From Octopus bimaculoides (lineage: Eukaryota), in NCBI RefSeq assembly GCF_001194135.2, contig NC_068984.1:45278197-45342196 (forward strand): DNA of 64,000 nucleotides, in the 5' to 3' direction. How positions within the stretch are numbered: position 1 is the first letter of the stretch; each line of letters begins with the position of its first letter. Both the position numbers and the translations under genes were made by a program. The notes below the pieces were generated by a model. The model was not told where the DNA came from. It did no database searches and saw nothing but the letters and a program-made list of their open reading frames with translations. This document shows, piece by piece, positions 37,541 to 51,194 of this stretch.

Positions 37541-38049
37541 TTTTACAGTGTTATATTGCCTGTCGTTTTCACCAAACTACCTCTCTTACATGACATTGAG
37601 GTCTTTGCGTAGGTTGTTAATGCCATCAAGACAATAGCTTGCATTTTATATTCCGGTATCAGAATAAATGATAAGGATGGTTGTTTTAATAACTGCATGC
37701 GTCTAAACGAACTATGGGTAATTTCCACAAACCAATTCCCTGAGGCACTTCACTCAGAACTGCTGCGTTTTCTTTGTTTTTGTTTGTTTCTGTTTCTTGA
37801 AAAAGTTCAGCTGACTGCAACAACTTGACTTCTGGCCCTTAAAAAGTCATATAACCACTCCTAGTTTTCCAACTATACCGACATTACATAGATCACGATC
37901 TATAATCCTATATTCTACTTTGCCGAAAGTAATTCAACACTAGTTATCATTGGCGTTGAATAGATTAATTGGAGAAACTAATATAAATGAATCTGACGGC
38001 AAATATATCAACTTCAGAATTGTTTTTACTAAACTTTGTCATCTTTCGT

Positions 38050-38720
38050 TCTGAGAGAAAAAGCTGACGGATTTCTCTTGAACGCTCACGAAAGCACTGC
38101 ACCTTTAGTGTTGTTGTTACAATCGAACACGTTTCATGACAGACAATGCAGTGTTATATACAACGTATTGTCCAGATACTACATAACTGAAAAAATTGAG
38201 AAAAGCCCCAGAAAGATATCTGAAGCATTAACTAAGTTAGACCAACATATCCCTATCAAATGACTTCAAAAAATCTCAGTGTCAATCATCGAGGGGTATA
38301 TTCTATTAGGAATATCACAGCATGACCGTAAGGACACGGAATCTCTGCTTGACCTCATTAACATATTGTTCATTGTTGATGTTCTATCCAACAAGAAACA
38401 ATAACTCTCTTGACCTCTACATCACAAATAATGTGAAAATGACACCTTACAATCTTCTTTGATAATTATGTAAAATAATTCTAATCATTCAATAGAAAAA
38501 TCTGTAATACCTACCGTCGACAATTGGTTCAGATGGCTTTTTGACAATACTCTGTGACTGTAGCTAAACCACTTCAGCTAATTTTCCTAAGACTCTTTGA
38601 TAGTGGACCACTCCAGAAAAGTTAAAATGCAGCGTGTAGTCCATCCATGAGAGAGGAAACAGAGCAAGAACTCGCGATTACAGGCCCATCACACAGATCA
38701 TTTTTTGCGAGTATATACAT
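38050..38720 (+). pseudogene. Decayed CR1/Jockey-like LINE ORF2 (endonuclease end and RT start)
   Basis: PTRNNNSLDLYITN (PTR..N.LDL.LTN), GSDG...KPLQLIF...SGP...PIH.RGNR...DYRPIT. Confidence 0.6.
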
Positions 38721-38893
38721 GCGATTCACCATCAATGTTATTTTTATTACTTCTCAGATTTTTCTAATGTAGAGAACAGCAGATTTTCCTTCATGACCCC
38801 AAGTAGTCTTTAGCTCTTCTTTGCAGTAAAGCCGTTAGAGTGCTTCCAAATCCGTAGTAAACTTGATATAATGAGGTGAACATAGTTATAGAT

Positions 38894-39514
38894 CAATGGT
38901 TTTCAACCGGGGTCCATATAAGATTTTGTTGTTAAAATTTGTGTAATAAATTGATTATACTTCTACAATCTGTGGAGGCGCAATGGCCCAGTGGTTAGGG
39001 CAGCGGATTCGCGATCCTATGACCGCGGTTTCGATTCCCAGACCGGGCGTTGTGAGTGTTTATTGAGCGAAAACACCTAAAGCTCCACGAGACCCCGGCA
39101 GGGGATGGTGGCGAACCCTGCTGTACTCTTTCACCACAGCTTTCTCTCACTTTCTTCCTGTTTCTGTTGTACCTGTATTTCAAAGGGCCAGCCTTGTCAC
39201 ACTGTGTCACGCTGAATATCCCCGAGAACTACGTTAAGGGTACACGTGTCTGTGGAGAGCTCAGCCACTTGCACGTTAATTTCACGAGCAGGCTGTTCCG
39301 TTGATCGGATCAACTGGAACCCTCGACGTCGTAAGCGATGGAGTACCAACAACAACTTCTACAATCAACAAACTATTTGCAATTCCTAACTAAATATTAT
39401 TTGCAATTCCTAATAATATTTAGTTATAAAAAATACAGTAGGATTTTTTTTATATACATTGAATGGCTATGGGTGCCCAGAAGAGTAAAATAAAGATCAA
39501 AGGGGTCCATAGGT
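38894..39514. mobile_element. hAT-like MITE remnant hosting SINE C copy 3
   Basis: 5' CAATGGTTTTCAACCGGGGTCCAT; subterminal GGGGTCCATAGGT at the other end; terminal TIR missing. Confidence 0.5.
38972..39354 (+). mobile_element. SINE family C, copy 3 (inside a hAT-like MITE)
   Basis: TSD ACTTCTACAATC at 38959-70 and 39355-66. Confidence 0.9.
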
Positions 39515-40869
39515 ACTATTTACTGTTGTATTTAATAATCCAATGCCCTGTAAAGAAATGCCATCAACAAAACCAATATGAGTTTGGCGGGGCGCTCTAA
39601 ATATCCTCAAATATGGATCCTACTAGTCAGTTATTTACCTTGTGGTGAAGTCAGTATGTGACAACCTACAATCTTACAAATGCATGCGAGAGAGTGGGGA
39701 GAAAACGACAAGAAAAATAAGGACTTGTGCGACGTTCACAATAAGTCATAACATATTAAATTACTGGATGTAATGCGTTAACACATAAGAATAGTTTGAA
39801 AGGAAAGGCTTGTAACATATCACATGAACATACTTTGCAACCACATGTCTCGAAGTAAATAAGACGAATATGCGCGCGTGCGCATGTGTGCGAGTGGCGT
39901 GGTTCAATGCATACGCCTAGGAGCCAACATATTCGAGAATTTTCGAGAAGGTCGAGGGAGATTATTCTCGTTAGATCCCTTTTTCGTTTTGCGTTCCTGT
40001 CTTGACCGCCAGAGGTCACTACAGCCTGCTGTAGTGACGCCATCCTAGTGAAGCCATTTAAATGTTACTGAATGTGTTTAACTCGGTGAACGAAATTATC
40101 ACTGTTCGTGTCTCCATTTCTTTTGATTTTGCCGGCACACTGTGTGGTATATGCATAACTTTGAAAAATTTAACTTCAACTTAAATTCACAAAACTGTAT
40201 TGTTCATAAGCTGCACTGATTCGGTATTAGAATATTGAAATGTGCGTCTACAGTTATGGGGGAGAAAGCGACAATGCAGGCAACTAGATTCGAATCTTCA
40301 CTCTATGCCATAAGCTGAAGAAAATGGAAAAAGGAATATTTATATATATATAAATAAAATACAGAATAGTAAACTCTAACTGGATTCGAACTTTTACCTT
40401 CAGCTGAAGCAAAGTTTCGAATAATATCTCTCTCCCACCTCAAAAAAGAGGAAATGTGTTCTATTCTGTTACCGGCATACCACTGATTAAAGATGTCATG
40501 TCCTAACAGAACAATGCTAAATGGTCCTCTTCATTTCACGTTTCAGCTCATTTGCCAGCCACTTTCAGAGTGAGCTGTATGTATTTTATCGTGGCACCAG
40601 CACTAATGAGGCTGCATTACACTGCAAAACAAGGTGTCCTCACTATGCTGTCCCTGTTTGTTCAGGGCAACATGACCAACGGAGTGGGTAGAGAAAAGGA
40701 CGTTTGCAGAACTGAAATAGAGTAAGAGGAATAAAGTAGCGAATGTATGATGGTGGAGGGAGGGAAACTAAATAACTGAGGTATTCTCACCAAGATTTTG
40801 CCGGCAATTTGACAAGAGAGAAATGCCTGTATGATTTGATTATCACATGACCGTCTGTCACCATTTGAA

Positions 40870-41150
40870 TATCCTACAAGTACACTGCCCTCAAATGCCG
40901 GCTGAACTGTCGTTACCTATTAGAAGAGCGAGTACAACTTTTGGAAGACTGAGGCACAGGATGTATGTCAATCCTGGTATTTGCATAGATACCGAATTAA
41001 AGTTTACAATGCAGTTTTTCTCTACGGTAATGAAATTTCGACATTATACCAATATCTTGCGAAAAAGCTTAATCGTTGCCAGAGGTCTCTAGTTTTTATT
41101 TGCTGGATCTGGATGAAGGAGAAGTGTCCATAGCCTTTGCATGCCCTCTT
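40870..41150 (+). pseudogene. RTE LINE fragment
   Basis: AELSLPIRRASTTFGRLRHRMYVNPGICIDTELK.YNA..LYGNE (EIS.RI.KAS.AFGRLR.RV...R.I...TKLKVY). Confidence 0.75.
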
Positions 41151-41159
41151 AGACTGACG

Positions 41160-41310
41160 ACACTGATGGTATTAATGTTTCTCTTGAATCTTTTTTAAGT
41201 CAATATCTGCAGGAAAGATATGAACAGAGAAGGAATTCCAGAGACTCGACGTTCTGGGCGTAGTTCAAGTACGCGGCCTGGAAGAGTGTGTGTATGCGAG
41301 GTGGTGGGCG
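41160..41310 (-). pseudogene. CR1/Jockey-like LINE extreme 3' coding end
   Basis: TSSLWNSFSVHIFPADIDLKKIQ (RTS.LWNSLP..FP....L..FK). Confidence 0.55.
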
Positions 41311-42148
41311 TGAATGGAGAAGAAGGGGTAAGAATTGGAAGATATGTGCCAAATGTGTAAAGTGTAGAGTTGGTTGGAAAAGAGATAGCAAAGATGGTAC
41401 TACTTACAGAAACATCTGCAAGGGTACTTACAGAAACATTTGCGACGGTGCTACTTACAGAACCATCATTGTTGTGATGCTGACAGATTGAAAAGGATTA
41501 AATGCAGTTTGGAAATCATGATAGATTGAGGGCTGTAAGGTGTATGAAGTCATCTATTGAGGTTTAGAAAATGGCATTACAAATGTTGCGTTGTTGAGTA
41601 AACGCTCAAGTTTTGAGTATGGTTGACGTTCACCTGATGTAGGCATTTGTTTTAGCTTGAGCAGTTTTAGCACAATTATGAGTGAATCACCCTGGGGAAC
41701 ATGGAGCACTGGATTTTTGTTGAGTGCAGAATATGGTTGGACATGCTTAGGAAACATCTATCTGTTTCTGGATGGGTCAGGAATTAAACGTTTACGCTAC
41801 CAGAGTTAATTGGCACAAAACTGGCGGAGCGCCAAACAGCTGTGGAACGTACAGCGCACCAGATAGTCTGTGGATGTGTGTGTGTAGGGAACTTGCAATG
41901 AGGTTGTGGCTGAATGATTCGATAGGTGCGGAGACAATTATATTTTCATATAGACAGAGGTTGGAGGTTAGAAAGAGATCAAGGATGTTTGGAGTGCTTG
42001 AATGTTGATTTGGGGATGCATGCAGGGTTGGAGTTTATAAAGAGAAGCTGAAGACTGTAAATTACTTAGCTTCTGCACCAGCAGCATCGATGTGGGCTGA
42101 ATGAGAGAGTCAGAAGGAATCGTAAATATATAGAATAAGTACCAGGCT

Positions 42149-42259
<111 letters not shown>

Positions 42260-44429
42260 GAGAGAGACATAGAATAAATACCAGGCTAACAAAGAATAAG
42301 TCCTGGGGTTCATTTCTTCAACTAAAACCCTTTAAGGCGGTGCTCCAGCATGGCCGCAGTCAAACAAGTAAAAGAATAAAAGAATATATATTTATATTAT
42401 ATACATATATGTGCATGCGTGTGTGTGTGTGTAAATTATAGGCCTCCAATGCAAGAGAAGATATAATTGAAGGGAGGCTGGTGGTTTGAGGGTTAGGAGA
42501 GATATAGAGAGCGCAGGTGTATTTAGGGGAGGTAACAAACAGAGACTTTCATCCAGAATAGCTGGAAGTCTTTAATACTGATGGCCAGGTAATGGATCTG
42601 TGTCAGAGACGAAAAAGGATGACTGGTGTGCATGTGAGTAGGAGATGGTGAATGGTATTTAGATTGGAATGAAGACCTGAAATATTGGAGAAGAGAAGAA
42701 ATTCTACAAACACAAGCACACAGACTCACACACTCATACACACACACACACATACAAATACACACATATACACACACATATATATACACACACATATATA
42801 TACACGCACACACTTACATATATAATTATATAATATATATANNNNNNNNNNNNNNNNNNNNNNNNNNNNNNNNNNNNNNNNNNNNNNNNNNNNNNNNNNN
42901 NNNNNNNNNNNNNNNNNNNNNNNNNNNNNNNNNNNNNNNNNNNNNNNNNNNNNNNNNNNNNNNNNNNNNNNNNNNNNNNNNNNNNNNNNNNNNNNNNNNN
43001 NNNNNNNNNNNNNNNNNNNNNNNNNNNNNNNNNNNNNNNNNNNNNNNNNNNNNNNNNNNNNNNNNNNNNNNNNNNNNNNNNNNNNNNNNNNNNNNNNNNN
43101 NNNNNNNNNNNNNNNNNNNNNNNNNNNNNNNNNNNNNNNNNNNNNNNNNNNNNNNNNNNNNNNNNNNNNNNNNNNNNNNNNNNNNNNNNNNNNNNNNNNN
43201 NNNNNNNNNNNNNNNNNNNNNNNNNNNNNNNNNNNNNNNNNNNNNNNNNNNNNNNNNNNNNNNNNNNNNNNNNNNNNNNNNNNNNNNNNNNNNNNNNNNN
43301 NNNNNNNNNNNNNNNNNNNNNNNNNNNNNNNNNNNNNNNNNNNNNNNNNNNNNNNNNNNNNATATATATGTATATATATATGTATACATACATATATATA
43401 CATACATACACACACACACATATATAAATATATATATACATGTGTGTGTCTATATATGTATACATATATGTGTGTATATATATATATACACACACACATA
43501 CATATATATACATATATGTATGTATGCATACCTGGTAGGTATGCATGTATATGTAAGTATACATATACTGGGTCCAGAACCATGTGGCTTCAAAGTGAAA
43601 TTCTTAGCCACAAGGCCACATACCAATCCTTTGATGTGTGATTTTCTGTGCATGTGTGTGTGTGAGCCTATCAGTTGACATTCCCTCTTAACAGCCATTC
43701 TTCTTACTCATCCTTATCGTCCCTTCCCTGTACGATCTTTCGCCTATCACTCCCTTCCATGCCTTCACTTATCTTTTCCTCTTCTCTGGGTTACATCTTA
43801 GAATTGCCATACCTCAGTTTTTACAGCTCTTATACTTGCTATCATTTCAATATCTTCTCATATTCCCCATCAATGTTCCACTGCTGTCATCAGACAACTC
43901 CCAATTGCCACCCTTATGTACCTCTGACCTCCATCTCCATCACTGTACATCATCTTGAACATCATCCATCTATGTTCTCATCTATCCTCCTTACTGAACC
44001 ACTTCTGTCTCTTTCAACTCACTTTATCAACTTCCATACTAATATTTCTCATCAACCCTACCTCTGTACTTGTTCATCACTCACTATATTCACCTCTATT
44101 TCCTGGTTTAACCATCTGTTACTCCCCTCTGACACTCATAAAATTACCCACCTACTTCCCAATCCACTGTTCATGTCCTCTTATATCTTGAGATTCTCTA
44201 GAATCTCGTCACTACCACCCCTACCTTCTTTTCAACTACTCCCATCCACCCTTACATAATGTCAAGTACTAATGTTTCACCTTTATAGCAAAACACTTGT
44301 GCTCATTTCTCTATCCTGCTTTAGCTATTCACTCAGTACCTGGGATAAAACTACCTCAGCCTTGCTCGAAAACAACACCATAAGTCAAGGAAGGCTTTCC
44401 TTTTATTTTTAATTTCTTGTGAGTTACTT

Positions 44430-44652
44430 GGTGATTTCACTGGTGCACTGGTGTCATGAAACAAGCACCTTGTACATACCAAACAAATACCTTGAACATG
44501 CATAATGTGACTGGCATTAGGAAGAACATTGAGCAGTGGAAACCATACCAAAGCTAACATTGGAACTCAATGCTTCCCTGTGGCTCATCAGATTCTGTTA
44601 AATCGTTCAACCCATGTGAACATGGAAAATGAACATTAAATAATGATGATGA
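44430..44652 (+). mobile_element. Old RTE 3' UTR/tail copy
   Basis: GGCATTAGGAAGAACATT...AACCCATGTGAACATGGAAAATGAACATTAAATAATGATGATGAT resembles 49430-49594. Confidence 0.6.
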
Positions 44653-44697
44653 TATAACATTACAATATTACACATATATGCAAACACACACATACAG

Positions 44698-44731
<34 letters not shown>

Positions 44732-44972
44732 TACACACACACACATATAACATATAATTGTCAACCGAGTATGGCATCCTATACAGGACAGTGCTACTGG
44801 CGTTTATAGCCCTAGGAAGACATGGCCATGAAGCAACTCCTGCTGATCCCTGTATGTTTATAATTATAAATGTTTTACCGATAAAGGTTTTTTACATACT
44901 GAACTACTTGGCAAAATTGTTAATTATTAATTTCTTAATTAATTAACAATTCCCTGCCTTATATCTATATGG

Positions 44973-45011
<39 letters not shown>

Positions 45012-45515
45012 TTCATATATGTATGTGTATGTGTGTGTGTGTATATATNNNNNNNNNNATGTATATATGTATGTATGTATGTATGTATGTCCATACATAC
45101 CAGCTATCTAATTTAATATAATTATGTCGAAAAAGTGTTGGTTTTTTTTTTTTGTAATTAATACAAAGTTCCACTAAACAAAGATGTTAGTTTATGTTAA
45201 AATGCATCCAACAAAGAAGGCAAAATGAACTGTTAAATTCAATTAAATCAGAAAGTGTTAAAACAGCAAAGTGTATTTCTTAGATTTGTGGGTATTTCAG
45301 TGTGTTGGGGATGGTGTCTTTGCAGTAACAAAGAATGATGTGTGTGTGTGTGTGGTTGCATGCATAGTAATCAATGTTGGTAGGAGAAAGGCCAAAATGG
45401 TCAACAATACATAAGACCTTGCCTTTCTCTTCATCTCTCCAGAGTAATTCATATCACTATCAAGGCTTTTCTCAACATAGCAGGACAGGGCAGGACAGAA
45501 CAGGAGAGAAATAAT

Positions 45516-46030
45516 GGTTTCTAATTTTGGCACAAGGCCAGTAATTTCGTGGGCGGGATCTAAGTTGATTAAATCGACCCCTCTGTTCAACTGGTACTTA
45601 TTTTATCGACTTGGAAAGAATGAAAGGCAAAGTTGACCTCAACGAAATTTGAACTTAGAATGTAATGATGGATGAAATACTGCCAACCATTTTGTCTGGC
45701 CTGCTAACAATTCTACTAGCTCGGAGTTTTATAATAATAATAATAATAATAATCCTCACTGCTAATAATTCTGCCAGCTGGGACCTCAGGCCATCCGTCC
45801 CCTGCCCAATTCAGTATCTCAACATATAGGTACACTGCAACACAATTTCTTTTCCTCAATTTTGGCACAAGGCCAGTAATTTCAGGGGAAGGGGGCTAAG
45901 TTGATTAAATCAACCCCTGTGTTTCCATCCTTTCGGAGTCTATAAAGTACTAGTGAAGTACTGACTGGGATCAATATAATTGACTGCCCCCTCTCCTAAA
46001 TTTCTAGCCTTGTGTCAATGTTAGGAACCA
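45516..46030. mobile_element. Cluster of SINE family A pieces in both orientations
   Basis: Minus copy 45516-45724, minus tail 45858-45925, plus fragment 45925-46030. Confidence 0.7.
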
Positions 46031-46048
46031 TATTACATATATATATAT

Positions 46049-46355
46049 GTCAAAGACTGTCATACCGGCCATGACGAAGGGAAATAGCCCTGAAACTCGA
46101 GTCGCCTTTATATATATATATTTATATTTATATATTTATATATTTGATCCTTTATATTGAACACTCAATATTTCATCTACATTCAATACTTTATTTCATG
46201 GTGCCATCCATTTTTATTTTATTTTATATTATATATTGTATATTATATTATATATTGTATATTCCATATTCTATACCCCACATTAGTTCTGCAGGAATAT
46301 AAATAAAACATAAAAAACAGACAGTGTTGGAACTCTTTTAAGCAAAATAATATAT
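46049..46355 (+). mobile_element. ~310-bp dispersed repeat with hammerhead-like 5' end, copy 2
   Basis: See copy 1; starts after (TA)n and ends AAGCAAAATAATATAT. Confidence 0.7.
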
Positions 46356-46518
46356 TCCTCTATACACAATCATACAAAAAAATCCACCTTTTTTTGTATT
46401 TATTTTTACTCGCATATATATATATATATATATATATATGGATTGAGAATGGATTTAGAACAAAATATAAACAATAACAAAAAGACAAAAACAAAGCTCG
46501 GTAAAGATAGCAGTTTAA

Positions 46519-46724
46519 CCTTCTAGTATCTAGTTCATATTTTCTACCTGTTTTATGTTCAAACTGACCAGATCTAACCTCTTACACTTACCTTACAATG
46601 TCATTCTATAAATGAACTATTACGTCATTGAAATCTCAAAGTCACAAGATCATGCATGCTTAATTCAAAACACTCCAAACTAAATAAGCATTACATTTGA
46701 CAGAGTAATCTGAATGCTGAATAG
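46519..46724. mobile_element. TTAA-TSD (piggyBac-like) MITE, 206 bp; related copy at about 55293-55506 in opposite orientation
   Basis: TTAA|CCTTCTAGTATC ... GAATGCTGAATAG|TTAA; internal sequence matches the reverse of 55330-55506, which ends ATGCTAAAGGGG|TTAA. Confidence 0.6.
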
Positions 46725-46991
46725 TTAAATAGATAATTCCCTTAACTTGTCAAGTCATGATACTTGAGATGTTTAAGGACACTTAACTTTTGTAGGTTGC
46801 TGTTGTAGGTAGCAATGCATCAAGCTATTGTGCATGCCACACACCTGATGCGTAAACCTACCACAAAGTAGACTCTCCTAAATGCACCCGAGATAGGTGC
46901 TGGTGTTAAGACAGATAAATGATTTACAACACTAAAACAGGTTGAGTCCATTTGACAGCCTTCCTAGCTATCTGTAATATATGCATAATCA

Positions 46992-47226
46992 GGGTGCGGC
47001 GAGCTGGCAGAATCGTTAGCACACCAGGTGAAATGCCTAGTGGTATTTCATCCACTGTTATGTTTTGAGTTCAAATTCCACCAAGGTCAACTTTGCCTTT
47101 CATCCTTTCAGGGTCGATTAAATAAGTACCAGTTACACACCGGGGTCGATGTAATCGATTTAGTCCATTTGTCTTTCCTTGTTTGTCCCCTCTATGTTTA
47201 TCATCCTGTGGACAGTAAAGAAATAA
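46992..47226 (+). mobile_element. SINE family A (CCTGTGGACAGTAAAGAAATA tail)
   Basis: Collinear with 12227-12456. Confidence 0.85.
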
Positions 47227-47448
47227 ATATATGCATTATCAGGCACTATAGTTCACCTCTGTAAATAGCATAAGCATTAGATATTTGACAAGTGATACCA
47301 CTTCACAAGTGTGCTTATAAAACAGTTTTTTTTTAATATATATATATATCTAGATATGTTTGTGTACGTGTGAATATGCATATACACACATATGTAATCA
47401 TATATATGTATATAAATGTATACATATAGATATATGCAGATATATATG

Positions 47449-47504
<56 letters not shown>

Positions 47505-47511
47505 TATATAT

Positions 47512-48454
47512 NNNNNNNNNNNNNNNNNNNNNNNNNNNNNNNNNNNNNNNNNNNNNNNNNNNNNNNNNNNNNNNNNNNNNNNNNNNNNNNNNNNNNNNNN
47601 NNNNNNNNNNNNNNNNNNNNNNNNNNNNNNNNNNNNNNNNNNNNNNNNNNNNNNNNNNNNNNNNNNNNNNNNNNNNNNNNNNNNNNNNNNNNNNNNNNNN
47701 NNNNNNNNNNNNNNNNNNNNNNNNNNNNNNNNNNNNNNNNNNNNNNNNNNNNNNNNNNNNNNNNNNNNNNNNNNNNNNNNNNNNNNNNNNNNNNNNNNNN
47801 NNNNNNNNNNNNNNNNNNNNNNNNNNNNNNNNNNNNNNNNNNNNNNNNNNNNNNNNNNNNNNNNNNNNNNNNNNNNNNNNNNNNNNNNNNNNNNNNNNNN
47901 NNNNNNNNNNNNNNNNNNNNNNNNNNNNNNNNNNNNNNNNNNNNNNNNNNNNNNNNNNNNNNNNNNNNNNNNNNNNNNNNNNNNNNNNNNNNNNNNNNNN
48001 NNNNNNNNNNNNNNNNNNNNNNNNNNNNNNNNNNNNNNNNNNNNNNNNNNNNNNNNNNNNNNNNNNNNNNNNNNNNNNNNNNNNNNNNNNNNNNNNNNNN
48101 NNNNNNNNNNNNNNNNNNNNNNNNNNNNNNNNNNNNNNNNNNNNNNNNNNNNNNNNNNNNNNNNNNNNNNNNNNNNNNNNNNNNNNNNNNNNNNNNNNNN
48201 NNNNNNNNNNNNNNNNNNNNNNNNNNNNNNNNNNNNNNNNNNNNNNNNNNNNNNNNNNNNNNNNNNNNNNNNNNNNNNNNNNNNNNNNNNNNNNNNNNNN
48301 NNNNNNNNNNNNNNNNNNNNNNNNNNNNNNNNNNNNNNNNNNNNNNNNNNNNNNNNNNNNNNNNNNNNNNNNNNNNNNNNNNNNNNNNNNNNNNNNNNNN
48401 NNNNNNNNNNNNNNNNNNNNNNNNNNNNNNNNNNNNNNNNNNNNNNNNNNNNNN
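47512..48454. other. Assembly gap (largest). Others at 1118-1611, 6843-7101, 8253-8262, 13574-13931, 21773-21804, 24079-24142, 29492-29848, 32481-32879, 35563-35933, 42842-43360, 45049-45058, 49709-49718, 50700-50709
   Basis: N runs, nearly all bordered by microsatellites. Confidence 0.98.
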
Positions 48455-48509
48455 ACATTTATCAATTTGTTTTGCAAGTTTCCTGATGTGAAATCGTATA
48501 TTGAAACAG

Positions 48510-50294
48510 ATATTGTTGCATTTCGGGATGATCATTTTATTTATTTTTTTATTTTTTCAATTATTTTTATTCTTTGCCAAATATGCTCCGATGGATGTGT
48601 AATGTCAGTGTGCATACTCGACAGAGTGTTAGTACCTTGAGAGAAAAGTTGGACCTAAGAAGCATCAGTTGTGGTGTGCAAGAGAGACGATTGCGCAGGT
48701 ATGGTCATTTGGTGAGAATGGATGAGGATAGCTGTGTGAAAAAGTGCCACAGCCTAGTGGTTGAGGGTACCTGTGGAAGATGTAGACCCAGGAAGACCTG
48801 GAATGAGGTGGTAAAGCACGACCTTTGAACAGTAGGCCTCACCGAGGCAATGACAAGTGACCGAGACCTTTGGAAATATGCTGCGCGTGAGAAGACCCGG
48901 CAAGACAAGTGAAACCATAATCTGTGGCCTTTACCAGGGGTGTAACCAGCCCCCTTATGCATACCTTTCCTTCTTTGGACACAAATCTCTGCTTGCAAAA
49001 ACCTGTTGAGGCAAGTGAAATCAAAATCGAAATCAAACCAAATTCGATGACTGGTACCCATACCACCCTTCCTTCATTGGACACTAAACTCTGCTTGCAA
49101 AGACCTGTTGGGGCAAGTGAAATTGTAACTGAACCAAATTCGATGACTGGCACCCATGCCAGTGGAGCAGTAACAGCACTATCTAAGTGGGATCACTGCC
49201 AGAGCAGCGGTCTGGCTTCCGTGCCGGTGGTACATAAAAAGCACCATCTGAGCATGATCGTTACCAGCGCCGACTTATGGCACTTGTGCCGGTGACAAAA
49301 CATGTGAACAAAACATTCAAGCAAGGTCGTTGCCAGCGCAGCTGGACTGACTCCTGTGAAGGTGGCACGTAAAAACACCATTAGAGCATGGCTCTCGTGC
49401 CGGTGGCATGTAAAAGCACCCACTACACTCTCGGAGTGGTTGGCGTTAGGAAGGGCATCAAGTTATAGAAATTCTTCCAGATCAGATTGGAGCCTGCTGC
49501 AGCCATCTGGTTCGCCAGTCCTCAGTCAAATCATCCAACCCATGCTAGTATGGAAAGCAAACGTTAAACGATGATGATGATGATGATGATGATGAAACAC
49601 ACACACTATGTGTATATATATATATATATACATTTTTCTTCACTCGTTTATTACTGTTTTTCTTTTATTATTTTAAGTTAGGTCCATTGTCCAGAAATCT
49701 TTTGTCACNNNNNNNNNNACTATGTGTATATATATATATATATACATTTTTCTTCACTCGTTTATTACTGTTTTTCTTTTATTATTTTAAGTTAGGTCCA
49801 TTGTCCAGAAATCTTTTGTCACACATCTGTGACCTCTTCAGTGACACCTTTCATTTCCATGTTTGCTCTTACTCCTCTTGCTCCATTCTGTTCTTCTAAA
49901 GTGTGTATTCTTAGGGGGAAAAAATGAAACAGTATGTGCGCATGAATGAATGTGCTTGAATGGAACTGTAACACCCACCACCACACCACACCACACCACA
50001 TGACCAAAGACATGCACACATACTTTTCCATTCATGTACACATAAGGATACACATCTTAGAAGAACAGAATGGAGTAAGTGGAGCAAGAACACACATGGA
50101 AACGAAAAGTGTCGCTGAAGAGGTCACAGGTGTGCGACGAAAGATTTCCAGACAATGGACATGAGTTAAAATAAGAACAATAAGAACAGTAATAAACGAG
50201 TGAAGAAAAAACATATATATATAGTGCGTGTGTTTATTTGGCAAAGGAAAAAAGAAATAATAAATAAAGTGACCATCCTGAAATACAACAATAT
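48510..50294. repeat. Long diverged foldback (arms about 290 bp), left arm split by the RTE insertion
   Basis: Left arm 48510-48582 + 49595-49945; right arm 50008-50294; spacer holds (CACCA)n. Confidence 0.8.
48583..49594 (+). mobile_element. 5'-truncated RTE LINE: ORF C-terminus, long tandem-repeat 3' UTR, (GAT)n tail
   Basis: MLRWMCNVSVHTRQSVSTLREKLDLRSISCGVQERRLRRYGHLVRMDEDSCVKKC...GRCRPRKTW; two ~105-bp repeats at 48960-49160; GCCGGTGGCACGTAAAAAGCACC repeats; tail 49570-49594. Confidence 0.9.
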
Positions 50295-50709
50295 ATTTGT
50301 GCGTGTGTTTGTGTGTGTGTGGATGCATACATATTTATTTATTTATTTATTTATGTGTTTCAGCCAAGTGGCTGTGGTCATGCTGGTACAGACATTATAT
50401 GTATGCATATATATCTACATGTATTTATATGTATACATGTATGTATGTGTGTGTGTGTGTGTATGTGTGTCCATATGTACACTCACAAACAAGAATATAT
50501 AAGTAAATGTATATTCATGTTTGTGCATGTATACCCACACGCACACACACACACGCGCACGCACGCACACACGCGCACACACACACACACACACATTTCA
50601 ATAGCTGTTGTTCTAAAATCTTGTTAGAATCATTCATATGGTTCTGTCCACGAATTCAGCATAGATACTAAAATGGAACCTTAGCTATTTAGAACAATTN
50701 NNNNNNNNN

Positions 50710-50743
<34 letters not shown>

Positions 50744-51194
50744 TACATATTCATATCTTGCTGAATTAAGCAGGGGTGGAGGAGGAAATTCTAGAAAATA
50801 CTGTGACAGAATAAAATGATATGTCACCATCCGTTTGAAATAACAAATAACAAAGCTATGTCACTAACACGCAATAATGATTTCACCATAAGTAATAAAA
50901 GCAGCAGCAGCTGATGCTGTTAATCATTACAGCTTGTTATGTCAGTCATCATAGATCTTACTTCTTTATAAAACCAGCACAGTACACACTGAGCTAGTAT
51001 TGATGCTTAAAAATCAACAAGAATTGTTCAAGAAACAATATAATAATGATCATATAAAAAGAGAAGACAGAAAAGAGAAGAAAGAAGAAGGAAGAAGACA
51101 ACTTAACTTTAAGGCAAGTTATGAATTCTCATATCTCAGGGAGAAACTTCAAGGTAAATATAAGTAATGTATTGGTATTTAATAGAGCGCTAAG

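Noticed and set aside
43675-44259. 194-aa pyrimidine-rich ORF
   Set aside because: Strand-skewed composition (S/L/P/H/F bias) with no motifs; probably antisense of a decayed purine-rich retroelement.
49605-49822. Identical 104-bp tandem duplication
   Set aside because: The copies sit either side of a 10-N gap, so this is an unmerged contig overlap. The partial SINE B repeat around the 8253-8262 gap is likely the same.
49604-50226. CACTA...TAGTG termini suggesting an En/Spm element
   Set aside because: No matching TSD, and the inverted homology continues well beyond these words.
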